A stretch of DNA of 64,000 nucleotides from Acidobacteriota bacterium. GTDB lineage: Bacteria > Acidobacteriota > Thermoanaerobaculia > Multivoradales > UBA5704. Below the pieces are notes generated by a model. It was given only the letters and a program-made list of their open reading frames with translations, had not been told where the DNA came from and made no database searches. The DNA lies in the NCBI GenBank assembly GCA_040005235.1, contig JBDTZG010000014.1, positions 1 to 64,000 of the forward strand, in the 5' to 3' direction. Of this stretch, positions 47,101-54,300 are shown piece by piece. A program made the position numbers and the translations under genes. The stretch's first letter is position 1; the number at the start of each line of letters is the position of its first letter.

Positions 47101-48293
47101 GGCTGCAGCGCGAAGGAGTAACCGTCGCCCATCTCACCCCGGCCATGGGGCAGGTGATTGTCCAGGCAAAGGCGGGGACCGTTTTGGTTTCCTTGCGGTA
47201 CTCGTTTCTGGTGGGTGACGTGTTGACCCGCCGAGACGCCGCACGGTTGCAGCACCTGGCCCCCCGGATGACCTGTGTCAACTACTTTGGCTCGACCGAG
47301 ACCCAGCGTGCGGTGGGCTTTCACGTCGTTCCAAACGTGGTGGAAGCGAGCCTTGCGGGGGAAGTGAGCCAAGAGGTACTGCCTCTTGGGAGAGGTATCC
47401 GGGACGTTCAACTCCTCGTGTTGAACGCCAACGACCAACTCGCGGGAATCAGCGAAGTCGGCGAGATCTGTGTGCGAAGTCCGCATCTGGCACGCGGCTA
47501 CCTGGGCGATTCCGAGCTGACTTCGCGCAAGTTCGTCCCCAACCCTTTCACCGGTGCGTCCGAAGACCGCCTCTACCGCACCGGCGATCACGGCCGCTAT
47601 CTGGCGGACGGAGAAGTTGGGTTCCTCGGTCGGGCCGATCAGCAGGTCAAGGTTCGAGGTTTCCGGGTCGAGCTCGGCGAGATCCAGGCGGTCCTTGGGC
47701 GTCACTCCGGAGTCCGCGACGTAGTGGTGCTGCCGTGGAAGGACGGAACAGGGGCGACAAGATTGGCAGCCTACGCGGTGCCGAACCCGGGTGTCGATCT
47801 CGATACCGGCGAGCTGCGGAGCTTTCTCCAGGACCGCTTGGCGGCGTACATGGTCCCCTCGGTCTTCCTGATTCTCGACCGCCTGCCGATGACCCCCAAT
47901 GGCAAGCTCGACCGGCGCTCGCTTCCCGATCCTCTCACCGCACGACGTGGTGAGCAGGAGTATGTCCAACCGAGGACCCAAGTCGAGATGACGATCGCCG
48001 ACATCTGGCGCAAGGTACTCGAGGTGGACAAGATCAGCGCTTTCGACAATTTCTTCGACCTTGGTGGTCACTCGTTGTTGCTTCTCCAGGCCCATAGCGA
48101 GCTGGAGAAGCGGCTGAGACTTCAGATCGCGGTGGTTGACCTTTTCAGGTACCCCACGGTCAACGCGCTGGCCAAGGCCTTGACCCAGGACCCGGGTCCT
48201 CCGGACGAAACGCAACTCGATCGACGCGATCGAGCCACCCGCAGGTGGCAAGGGATCGAAGAACGCAAGAAAGGGCTAAGGCGGCAAAGATGA
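32151..48293 (+). CDS. Five-module NRPS (C-A-PCP)x5: Ala-like, Asp, Ala, Ala, aminoadipate/Glu-like
   Basis: Five HHxxxD C domains of LCL appearance (PLSFAQERLWFL type) and five GGHSL PCPs. Codes read as DLFSNALTYK, DLTKIGHVGK, DLFNNALTYK, DLFNNALTYK, DPRHFVYRAK. No E domains. Exact start codon uncertain (weak RBS). Confidence 0.94.
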   Translation: MVASHTNLVSRLSADQLRRIARQLREKGGAVGTDSLARLPRDQGGFPLSFAQERLWFLDQLEPGSISYNVGVKVRFRGRLDIAALRESLSRIAGRHEALRTCFRSVDGKSQQEIRPVEPVAVPLVDLAGFSAARSGAEAEALSLGGARTPFDLTRGPLLRATLLRVAEQEHLLVLVLHHIVCDGWSAGILVREFALLYAGRVEGREAALAELSVQYADFAVWQRLQVTQGAWAEQLAYWQGQLNGLPPLILRTDLQRPSISDGNGERHVLEFKPGTAEAVSELGRRAQATPFMVLWSVFSVLLARLAGQDDFGVATPVVGRSRPELQSLIGFFADTLVLRTSLSGNPTFGELLNLNREIVAAAFANQSMPFALLVKELAPDRVLGTTPLAQVMFSLEDRLSISSFAGLSVSLEEIDNRTAKFDLMLTLRFGANGLSGHLEYPTDLFEPVTVARIAAQLALLLETATTVPSVPVFDLPLLGAGERHQVVTEWNDNSRSAEARTVPDLLAAQAARAPDSTAVIHGLERFSYGELRARAHRLAGLLRQRGVGPEVRVGVCLERSFELVIALVAVLEAGGAYVPLDPTYPRERLSYILADSGAALVVTSEESVACLPTDGAVAVCLIRAAGDWRTAEEPMEISGYTPRALPESLAYLIYTSGSTGRPKGVGIEHRHAATFLTWARRAFLSSEIAGVLASTSVCFDLSVFELFVPLAWGGSVILADNVLNLLALPASTEITLVSSVPSAVAELVASGLPPGVRTVNLAGEALPRSLVDQLFAQPGVRRVLNLYGPSEDTTYSTMAVMRREDGRIPAIGRPIAETRAYVLDALLRPLPLGIPGELALSSRSLARGYLGRPELTAEKFVPDSLSGIPGERMYRTGDLVRWRADGELEFFGRADHQVKIRGFRIEMGEIEAALLEVPGIDEAVVEVFEAAGGDRRLAGFYVMRQVGSEVDDLPERLQARLPAYMVPASLLQIAALPRTANGKVDRRALPKPQWGSVNVGAAAPRSVVEQMLADIWCEALGVDRVGREDRFFDLGGHSLLATRVVSRVRSVLGIDIPVRAIFEARDLSALAARIEATVALAGGDSPEPPVPPLASLPRPEMVPLSFAQQRLWLIDQLRPGGATYNVPYALRAVGRLDIAALTRAFSEIARRHEGLRTRFAATENGEPAQWISPPLPVPLPLVDLSFLKDAGACAETVATAEARRPFDLVRGPLLRLCLLRLAKEEHLLLLNFHHIVMDGWSLGVLIGELAALYEAFVQGRPSPLPDLTIQYADFSLWQRQWLAGGALERQLFFWRSRLVGSRTLDLQTDRPRTGATGLRGGAQSVALPSDLVQAVQTQGRSLGATPFVVLLTAFAALLSRLSGHEDLCVAVPVAGRRRIETEPLIGYFVNTLVLRMDFSEGPMFLDAIGRIRRVVLEADAHQDLPFERLVEELQPERSLEQPPLAQVMFALQHLPPAPPSMPGLRLEGREVETGSAKFDLSLSLLTSSTTIEGRLGYDAELFLPATTIRFLRQYQVLLVAALRHPERQVADLPLLSEGERLQLVVDWNESGEALFAPPEALPLQIAARAAWTPDAPAVVFEGRSLTFGELNLRANQLAHFLLRRGAGSEKPVALLLERSEQVVIGMLGILKSGAPYIPLDPSLPPERLGAILVDSGARALVSTSRLSHRLPSTGLEGIQRVQLDSDASPIAAESTGEPSVRILRESLAYVIFTSGSTGRPKGVAVEHRQLAAYVRGVELRFGLAECASFALVSTFAADLGHTVVFPALVAGACLYVVSQERSGDADAFGDYFEQHSIDCLKIVPSHLAALLAGSRPQRALPRRKLILGGEASTWAEIDRIHLLAPGCRVYNHYGPTETTVGAVAFTASAGPREVERGFLRVPLGRPLPGSRVFVLDRQHQLVPVGVPGELWIGGVGVARGYVGRPDLTAERFFPDVWSGASGARIYRTGDLTRRLPGGDLEFLGRVDLQVKIRGFRVEPQEVAAHLARHPEVREALVIAQSGDAGAQLVAYFVSIEELDADTLRAYLAASLPDYMLPTAFVRIAAIPLTPNGKVDRTALPPPNPAAPEPQTSAPRTPTEELLAVLWAQVLSRDRVGVFEDFFRLGGHSLLATRLVARARQTFGLDLPLRSLFEAPTIAALATRIDELRRVGGPAPPPPIVRWNAGGEVPLSFAQERLWFLDQLEPGSPAYSLPYFARIRGSVSPAILAGVLRFLTRRHESLRTRFPAIAGRPFQQIVPESSLPLPQVDLAGLPSVVREEKLEHLLRAAAMRPWNLATGPLVRASLIRLGDGDQVFALSLHHIVSDAWSRGVLTREMATLYVAVLQAEPPSLASLPLRYSDFAHWQRKWLDGENLDSEVAWWCARLDGIPPLQLPLDRPRHKVRSGQGCVQSAPLPRGFEGRVEELAKRLGATPFMVLLSIYATQLHRYTGSDRIVVGAPIANRNRTEIEGLIGCFVNTLALPVRFGVALSFEGLVAQMRETSLGAYDHQDLPFEKLVEAMIGERDLHRPPLASVAFLYQTEPIASLDFAGLVWQPLDLHNGSAKFDLALAFTGTEGERRATLEYDRDLLDAATVVRMIGHFGRLADAALERPELALVALPLLTAAEVAELTAWNRTGRTYPSGLCLHQLFEAQAGRTPDAEALIWGHERTTYRELDRRADQVAWELRRLGVGPEARVGVLLERTSKLVVGLLGILKAGAAYVPLDPAYPTERLAWTANDAGIVAALVDLGAQDAGSPARSERLAAIFSPSMPLLGLPPASAARNGFHSEASTAGPGNLAYLIYTSGSTGRPKAVAIEHRSAVVLMRWAREVFTAEELSGVLGATSISFDLSVFELFAPLSWGGKVVLADSALSLPHLPAAAEVKLVNTVPSAMTELLRLAAVPSGARTVNLAGESLPRSLADRLYGTGHVVRVLNLYGPSEDTTYSTWSLVAADDVRAPNVGRPVPETQAWVLDAHLGLLPKGVPGELYLGGGGLARGYLGRPELTAERFGPDPFAAVPGARLYRTGDFCRLRADGELEYLGRLDHQVKVRGFRIEPGEVEAALLACHGVREAVVRVGENSTLVAWVAADSQDAPLAPSLRLILGEKLPPHMVPSVFVELKALPRTPNGKVDRQALPNPAEEGVANESAGLHRSPIEEVVATLWAEVLGGRLAGREESFFEIGGHSLLAAQVVARVRVTFGVELPVRALFESPTVAGLATAIERGLREENGVEVPPIVRGMAAPDLPAPLSFAQERLWFLDQLAPGDPAYNITQAIQMVGKLYPSLLERSLAEVVRRHETLRSRFSFLDGEPVSVLVPDSRFALSEVDLSRLPSTIRQEEAGALARREALRGFDLGSGPLVRAILLRLEAEALLALFGFHHIVGDGWSMGLMVREIGALYAAFCRGKGSPLTALPLSYRDYAAWQREWLRGEVLEREIAVWRSRLSGAPAVLELPADRLRGIAAGSRGAALPFVLDAKVGASLAGLGRREGATLFMALLAGFQTLLARYTGETRIPVGVPVAGRHQVETEELIGLFVNTLVHCGNLDEAPTFSELLQRVRNEALEAWAHQHLPFEKLVSALQPERNLGSTPLFQVLFALQNAPLPELALPGLSVELVEIPRESTKFDLSLVLAERRGEIVGWVEYSTDLFDRVRIERLAGHLRTLYQAVGLDAGRSVSDLPLLAPAERSQLVDEWNNTGAPAGADGLLHALFEDQVARTPEAVALVSGQERLTYSDLDGRADRLASWLRRHAVGPETRVAVLLERTVEMVAALLAILKAGGAYVPLDPSYPDERLAMMAEDSGFTAVVTQSSLVTRLPRSVADLPVARIDADREEIDRESGRNRISTVVPRNLAYVIFTSGSTGRPKGVAIEHRSAVAMVHWARGVFSAGELEGVLASTSISFDLSVFEIFATLSWGGKVVLAGNVLDLPLLPAAAEVRLINTVPSAISELLAGGGLPKSVRTVNLAGEELPLPLVDRLFAAGVERVYNLYGPSEDTTYSTFAGMTPGSSQAPAIGRPIIGTQSYLLDSGLQPAPLGVLGELFLGGAGLARGYLGRPDLTAARFLPDPFGSTAGGRLYRTGDLCAYRANGKLEFRGRTDHQTKIRGFRIELGEIESVLLAQRGVHDSVVVAREHPAGGKQLVAYVVLNPEDETRGTAAMDRLRHSIERFLPAHMVPSAFVSLPQLPRTPNGKVNRSALPMPERGSAARAFTKPASAAEESMTRLWADLLKISPVGTEADFFDLGGHSLLAARLVHRIRDAFGVALPLRAVFEAPVLADLVVQVEALRGQGGKGPAVRLRQRDREGTAPLTFAQERLWFLERFDQGRSALNLPVDLEIRGSLHFVALKRSLSEVVRRHEVLRSVFLNVEGSGCQRVMAPAPLLLPRVDLKGLAPDFRQDECSRLVSGEALRPFNLEKGPPLRALLVSLGGRLQVLGLTLHHIVADGWSIGTLVHEMSELYQAFSSGRALQLPELAVQYASFAEWQRSEESAELFGRQLAYWRERLGGAPPSVDLPTDRLRPSVQTYRGARCTLVLERELAEGLIAVGQARHATLFMTLLAAWKVLLFRFSGQTDLVVGTPFAGRVSVDLEGLIGLFLNSLALRTDLSGNPSFSELLDRVRETALGAYANEDVPFEKVLAELRPERDLSRTPIFQILFNMLNFEVAEVRLPDLELRLLATPELPSKFDLTVYAAERPEGILLTLVYNADLFDGPRMTEALRQFRLLLCGIVADPQMRIDRFSLVSQDAAAILPDPRATLDATWYGPVHQVFSRRAADVPDAAAILDPQGTMSYGELDRRSNRLARSLVEGGLRTGDAVAVYAHRSSPIVCAVLAIMKAGGAFVILDPAYPAQRIIELIEVAQPRAWMEMTAAGNLAPELEEYVSARSWCPRVRLPPVRDTTLAWEQASSEPLRIEVGKDDVAYVAFTSGSTGIPKGVQGRHGSLSHFVPWQQSHFGLDASDRFCMLSGIAHDPLQRDIFTPLQIGASIVIPDPGEMLASGRLAEWLQREGVTVAHLTPAMGQVIVQAKAGTVLVSLRYSFLVGDVLTRRDAARLQHLAPRMTCVNYFGSTETQRAVGFHVVPNVVEASLAGEVSQEVLPLGRGIRDVQLLVLNANDQLAGISEVGEICVRSPHLARGYLGDSELTSRKFVPNPFTGASEDRLYRTGDHGRYLADGEVGFLGRADQQVKVRGFRVELGEIQAVLGRHSGVRDVVVLPWKDGTGATRLAAYAVPNPGVDLDTGELRSFLQDRLAAYMVPSVFLILDRLPMTPNGKLDRRSLPDPLTARRGEQEYVQPRTQVEMTIADIWRKVLEVDKISAFDNFFDLGGHSLLLLQAHSELEKRLRLQIAVVDLFRYPTVNALAKALTQDPGPPDETQLDRRDRATRRWQGIEERKKGLRRQR
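46385..47930 (+). other. Lys2 (alpha-aminoadipate reductase)-like adenylation domain
   Basis: PKGVQGRHGSL, MLSGIAHDPLQRDIFTPL, HLTPAMGQ, FLVGDVLTRRD, GSTETQRAV and GRGIRDVQLLVLN follow the diagnostic fungal Lys2 motifs as I recall them. Confidence 0.85.
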
Positions 48294-48308
48294 AGAAGGA
48301 GCTCGTTC

Positions 48309-51300
48309 GTGGCTGAAACGGCGGTCGAGAAGGGAATTGCGATCATCGGCCTAGATGGCCGCTTCCCGGGTGCTCGAAACGCAGAAGAGTTGTGGCAGAA
48401 CCTCTGCGAAGGTGTCGAATCGCTCTCCCGGTTCTCACAGGAAGAGCTGCGCGCGTCGAGCCCTGACGGGACGCGCCTGGAGGATCCGCGGTTGGTACCT
48501 GTTCGCGGTGTTCTTTCCGAGGTCGAGCTTTTCGACGCCGGCTTTTTCGGGATAAGTCCACGCGAGGCGGCCGCGACCGATCCGCAGCAGCGTGTCTTCA
48601 TCGAATGCGCCTGGACCGCGTTGGAGGACGCCGGCTACGACCCGGGCAACTGCGGAGGCCTTGTCGGCGTTTACGCAGGCTCCGCGCTCAGCTCCTACGC
48701 CTGGAACAACCTGGGCTCGGACCCGGAGCTCCTGGCATCGCTGGGAGCCCTCCAGCTCGGCATTTTGAACGGCAAGGACCACCTGCCGACCCGAGTTTCC
48801 TACCTTTTGAATCTCACCGGTCCGAGCGTTGCGGTGCAGACGGCCTGCTCGACGTCCTTGGTGGCCGTACACATGGCCTGCCTTGCCTTGCTCAACTACG
48901 AGTGCGACATGGCGCTGGCGGGAGGCGTCAGCATCGCGGTGCCGCAAAAGGCAGGCTATCTGTTCGAAGAGGGGGGAATCTTGTCGCCGGACGGGCACTG
49001 TCGCGCTTTCGACGCCGCTGCCCATGGCACGGTGATGGGCGATGGCGTCGGCATCGTGGTGCTCAAGCGTCTCGATGAGGCAATGGCGGACGGCGACCGT
49101 ATTCGCGGGGTGATCCTCGGTTCGGCAATCAACAATGACGGCGGAGGAAAGGTTGGCTACACCGCTCCGGGTTTGGAGGGTCAGGCGGAGGTCATCGCGG
49201 CGGCCCATGCGGTGGCGGGGATCGACGCAGGAACGATCAGCTATGTGGAGACGCACGGCACCGGCACCCCTTTGGGCGATCCGGTGGAGATTTCGGCCCT
49301 GACTCGCGCCTTCCGAATGAGCACGGACCGTATCGGTTCCTGTTCTATCGGTTCGCTCAAGACCAATATCGGGCACCTCAACACGGCGGCAGGTGTCGCC
49401 GGCTTGATCAAAGCGGTCCTTGCCCTCGAGCACAAGGCGATCCCACCGAGTTTGCACTTCGAGCGGCCCAATCCACGGATCCATTTTGACGACAGCCCCT
49501 TCTTCGTCAACACGCGTTTGACGGAATGGTCGGCCGACGGCGCGCCGCTCCGCGCGGGTGTCAGTTCGTTCGGCATTGGCGGAACCAACGCCCACGTCGT
49601 TCTTGAGGAAGCTCCGGTGCCGGAGGTGTCCGATGACGCGCGGCGCTGGCAATTGTTGGTGATCTCGGCCAAAACCGAGTCCGCCCTTGAAGCGGCGGCC
49701 CAGAACTTGGCGGAGCACCTCGGCCGGCACCCTGACTTGAAGCTCGCGGACGCTGCCTTCACGTTGCAAGTCGGACGCAACCGCATGGAGCATCGCCAGA
49801 TCTTGGTCTGCCGCGATGCCGCGGAAGCGATCCGCGAGCTGACGGCCGGCGAGGACTCGCGGGCCGTGCGGCTGCACGAAGCGGCTCGGGAGCGGCCGGT
49901 GGTTTTCCTCTTCCCGGGGCAAGGTTCACAGTACGTCGGCATGGGACGCGAGCTCTTCGAGCTCGAGCCTCTCTTTAGAGAGCAGGTTGATCTCTGCGCC
50001 TCTCATCTTTTGCCGCACTTGGGATTCGACATTCGAACGCTCTTCGAGAGCTCAACCGAGGAGTCGCGGGCAGCGGAGGAGCGGCTTCAGGAAACCGCGG
50101 TAGCGCAACCGGCTCTGTTTGTCGTCGAATACTGCCTTGCCCGCCTGTTTGCCGAGTGGGGCATCGAGCCGGAGGCGATGATCGGGCATTCGATCGGGGA
50201 GTACGTCGCCGCCTGTCTTTCCGGGGTCATGAGCCTTCCTGACGCCCTACGTCTGGTGGCGGCCCGGGGTCGCCTCATGGGGGAGTTACCACCCGGCGGG
50301 ATGACCGCGGTTCACCTTTCTGAAGCCCAGGTTAGACATCTTCTACCTGCGGATTTGGAGATCGCGGCGGTCAATGGGCCGACGCTAGTCGTGGTGGCGG
50401 GAACCCTTACCGCCGTGGCGGCTTTTGAAGAAAAGCTGGCTGAGGACGGTGTCGAGCATCGACGGCTCAAGACCTCTCACGCTTTCCACTCCGCGATGAT
50501 GGAGCCGATCTTGGAGCCCTTCGCCCGCGTGGTGGCCTCGATCGCGTTGCACGAACCGCAGCGGACCTTCATTTCAAATCTGACCGGACGACCGGCGACC
50601 GCCTCCGAAGTTACGGACCCCAACTATTGGGTCCGCCACTTGCGCGACGAAGTACGTTTCTCCGACGGTGTCGACGAGATATTCCGCGATCCAGGGCGGG
50701 TCTTCCTTGAGATCGGGCCAGGCCGAGCGCTGACCACGATCGTCCGGCAGAATCCTGGCGCGCAGGCCGGGATGACAATCCCCACCATGCGCCCGCAGTC
50801 TCGGGAAGGGTCGGACTTGGCTTGGGCGCTGGAGGCCCTGGGTCGCGCCTGGCTCGCGGGGGTGGCGATCGATTGGCGCGGTTTCCACCACCGCCATCGC
50901 CGCTTGCGGGTGGCGATGCCTGGTTATCCGTTCGAACGGCAACTGCATTGGATCGAGGCGCGTCCTCTCCGACCGTCCGGACCTCTCTCCGCAATTCCGG
51001 CAAGGAGCGCGGACCCCGCGGGCTGGTTCCATGCCCGGACTTGGCGGCGATCGGCAGGACAGGGCTCAGCCGCGACCGAACCGGGCGCCCTCCTACTGTG
51101 GGCCGCGCCCGGCGGTTTGGGCGGTGAAATCCACCGTGAGCTCACCTCGCGCGGCGTTGCGGTGGTGCTCGCCGAGCTTTCGGGCAGTCTGGAGCCTAGT
51201 TCCTTAACCGCCAGCCTTGCGGAAGAGGTCGCCCCACGACGTATCGCTCTGTTGGTGGAGCGTTGTACGCCGGGGCCGGAAGCAGCCGGGGCGCTCGCCC

Positions 51301-54300
51301 TCCTACTCTCCTCCCTGGCCTCTCGTCCGGAAGGTCGCGATGATTCGCCGGAGCTGATCCTGGTCACCGAATGCGCCGAAGAGGTGGTTGGCAGCGAAGT
51401 GACGAACGCGGTCCCTAACGACACCCTCGCCACCTTGATGGCAGAGGCCGCTCGGATGCCCGGTCTCCGCTGGCGCTGCGTGGACGTTGATGTCGAAGGA
51501 GAAAGCCCGCGGAGCGACAAGCTCGTCGACGAGTTGCTCGCGCCGGGACCGGCCGGCGTGGGGTCTGTGGTGGCCCTTCGAAACGGCTATCGATGGCTGC
51601 CGGCTTACGAGGTGGTTCACTTGGAGCATCGCGCGGGAGCCATTCGGCCCGGCGGTGGTTATCTGGTGGTGGGCCAGATAGGGGTGGCAAGCCAGTCCGT
51701 GCTCGCCGCGTTCGCGGAGGCGGGCGCACAGGCGCAGCTCATCCCGGCCGATCCGGCCGTAATCCTCGCATCTCCGGCGTTTGCATCCAATCTGCACGGA
51801 ATCGTCGTCACGGGCGGTTGGGAGACTCCTGCAGACACTCTCGCGGCGCTCGACGTCGCCCTCGGCGGTCGCGCGCTGGATTTCCGGCTCGTCCTCGCCC
51901 CATTCGCTGCTGGGCAGGAGATCGAAATTGGCGAAACCGTCGCCGAACGGCGGCTTGCCGCAGCGGTTCGCGTCCGTGCCCAAGCCGGTGGTGTCCGCTG
52001 GCGGATCGCCTCCTGGCGGATCACCTCGAGATCGGGTGATGACCAGGGGCTGACCCCGGGGGAGGCCGCGGAAGCCTTCCTGAGGCTCATCACGTGGCAG
52101 GGAGAGGCTCACCTCGTCGTGGCGCCCGTCGACCCTTCGGTTGCGGTACCCGTCGCCGAACCGCTCTCGTTCGCGGCAGAGCTTAAGCCAACAGGCAAGG
52201 GCGGGTATGTGGCGCCGCGCAACGCGGTAGAACGCGATTTGGCTGCGATCTGGGAGCACTTCCTGGGGATCGCTGCCGTGGGCGTTTTCGACAGTTTTCT
52301 CGAGCTCGGCGGACACTCCTTGCTGGCGACGCGCGTGACTGCGCGGATGCGCGAGGTCTTCGGGGTCGAACTGCCGCTCAGCAGCCTCTTCGAGAGCCCC
52401 CACTTGGCCGCGCTGGCCGTCGAAATCGGTGCGCGCCGAGAATCTCTGGGTGAGCCGTCGTCTGCTGCGCAGAGTCCGGCTTTTCACGCGATTGCCGCCC
52501 CGGCGGATCGTTATGATCCGTTTCCCCTTACCGAGGTGCAGCAAGCTTACTGGATCGGGCGTAGCGCCGGATTTGAGCTGGGGAATGTGGCAGCGCACAG
52601 CTACCTTGAGGCGGAGACTCGGAATCTCGATCTCTCGCGGCTTGAGGCGGCGCTCGATCGGCTCGTAAACCGCCACGAAATGTTGCGGGCGGTCGTAACA
52701 CGCGATGGTCAGCAGCGAATTTTGGCTGAGGTTCCGACTTATCGCATTGAAGTCGATGATCTTCGGGGTATGGCCCCAGAGGCTGCGGAAGCGGTCCTCA
52801 AGGAGACGCGAGCTCGCCTGGCGCAAGAGGTCGTACCGACCGACCGCTGGCCGCTTTTCGCCGTGCGCGCCTCGCTCCTGGATTCGGGCGCAACTCGCCT
52901 GCACATCCGACTCGATTACCTGATCGCCGACGCTTGGAGCGCTCGGACTTTGGCACGCGATGTCGGAGCTTTCTACGCCGATCCGACGATTTTCCTGCCG
53001 AACCTCGAGGTCTCGTTCCGAGATTATGTCCTTTGGCTGGAATCCCTGCGCGAAACCGAAGAGCATCGACGAGCCCTCGCCTACTGGCAGGGACGGCTGG
53101 AAAATCTTCCTCCGGCACCGGATCTACCTCTCGCGGTGAGTCCAACCACCCTGCTGAAGCCGCGCTTCGAGCGTCGGCGCGCCGCCCTGCCGGCCTTCCA
53201 TTGGGGGGAGCTCAAGCGCCGCTTCGCACAGGCGGACCTCGCGCCTTCCGCAGCGCTGGCGGCGGTATTTGCAGAGATTCTCACCGGTTGGAGCAAGAGT
53301 CCTCGTTTCACCATCAATCTGACGCTGTTCAATCGTCGGCCGGTGCATGCCCAAGTTGGGGAGTTGGTCGGCGATTTTACCTCTCTCACCTTGTTGGCGG
53401 TGGAGAGCGAACCAGGCGGCGGATTCCTGTCACGAGCCCGCGCCTTACAGCGGCAACTGTGGCGGGACCTTGACCACCAATCGGTGAGCGCCGTTCAGGT
53501 GTTACGCGACCTTTCCCGAGAACGCGGCGAGCTGGCGCGAGGATCGATGCCGGTCGTCTTTACCAGCACTTTGAGCATGACCACCGGCACTTCCGCGGCT
53601 GAGACGGAGGCGAGCGTTGCCGACCCTGTCCAGGTGGTCTACAGCCTCAACCAGGGACCGCAGGTCTGGATCGACCATCAGGTCTCGGAGCGTCAAGGGG
53701 AGCTCGTTTTCAATTGGGATGTCGTGGAGGGCCTTTTCCCACCGGGGCTGATCGACGCGATGTTCGAGGCCTATCGTGCGCTTTTGGAGACGCTCGCCCA
53801 GGCCGATGAAGCTTGGGGGGTTGTCCCGTTGCCCTTGGTGTCAACCGCCCAGCTCGAACAGCGTGCTGCGGTAAATGCCACCGAGGCACCCGTCACCGAC
53901 GATCTCCTTCACACCTTGTTCCGCGCGCAGGCAGCCCGTCGGCCCGAGGCGACGGCGGTAGTCGCCGGAGATCGCCGATTGACCTATGGCGAGCTCGCCG
54001 CACGTGCCGGCTGGCTAGGCCGTCGGCTGCGAGATTTGGGAGCACGGCCCAACACGCTGATTGCGGTGGCGATGGAAAAGGGTTGGGAACAGGTGGCTGC
54101 GGTGCTCGGCGTGCTCGAGGCCGGTGCCGCCTATCTGCCGGTCGATCCGTCGCTGCCCTCCGACCGGCTGGGATATCTGCTCGCCCATGGTGAGGTTCGA
54201 ATCGCCCTCACGCAGTCCTGGCTGGAACATCGTCTCGACTGGCCACCCGGAATCGTGCGCATCTGCGTCGACCGTGAGCCCGCGAAAGAGGGACTCGAAC

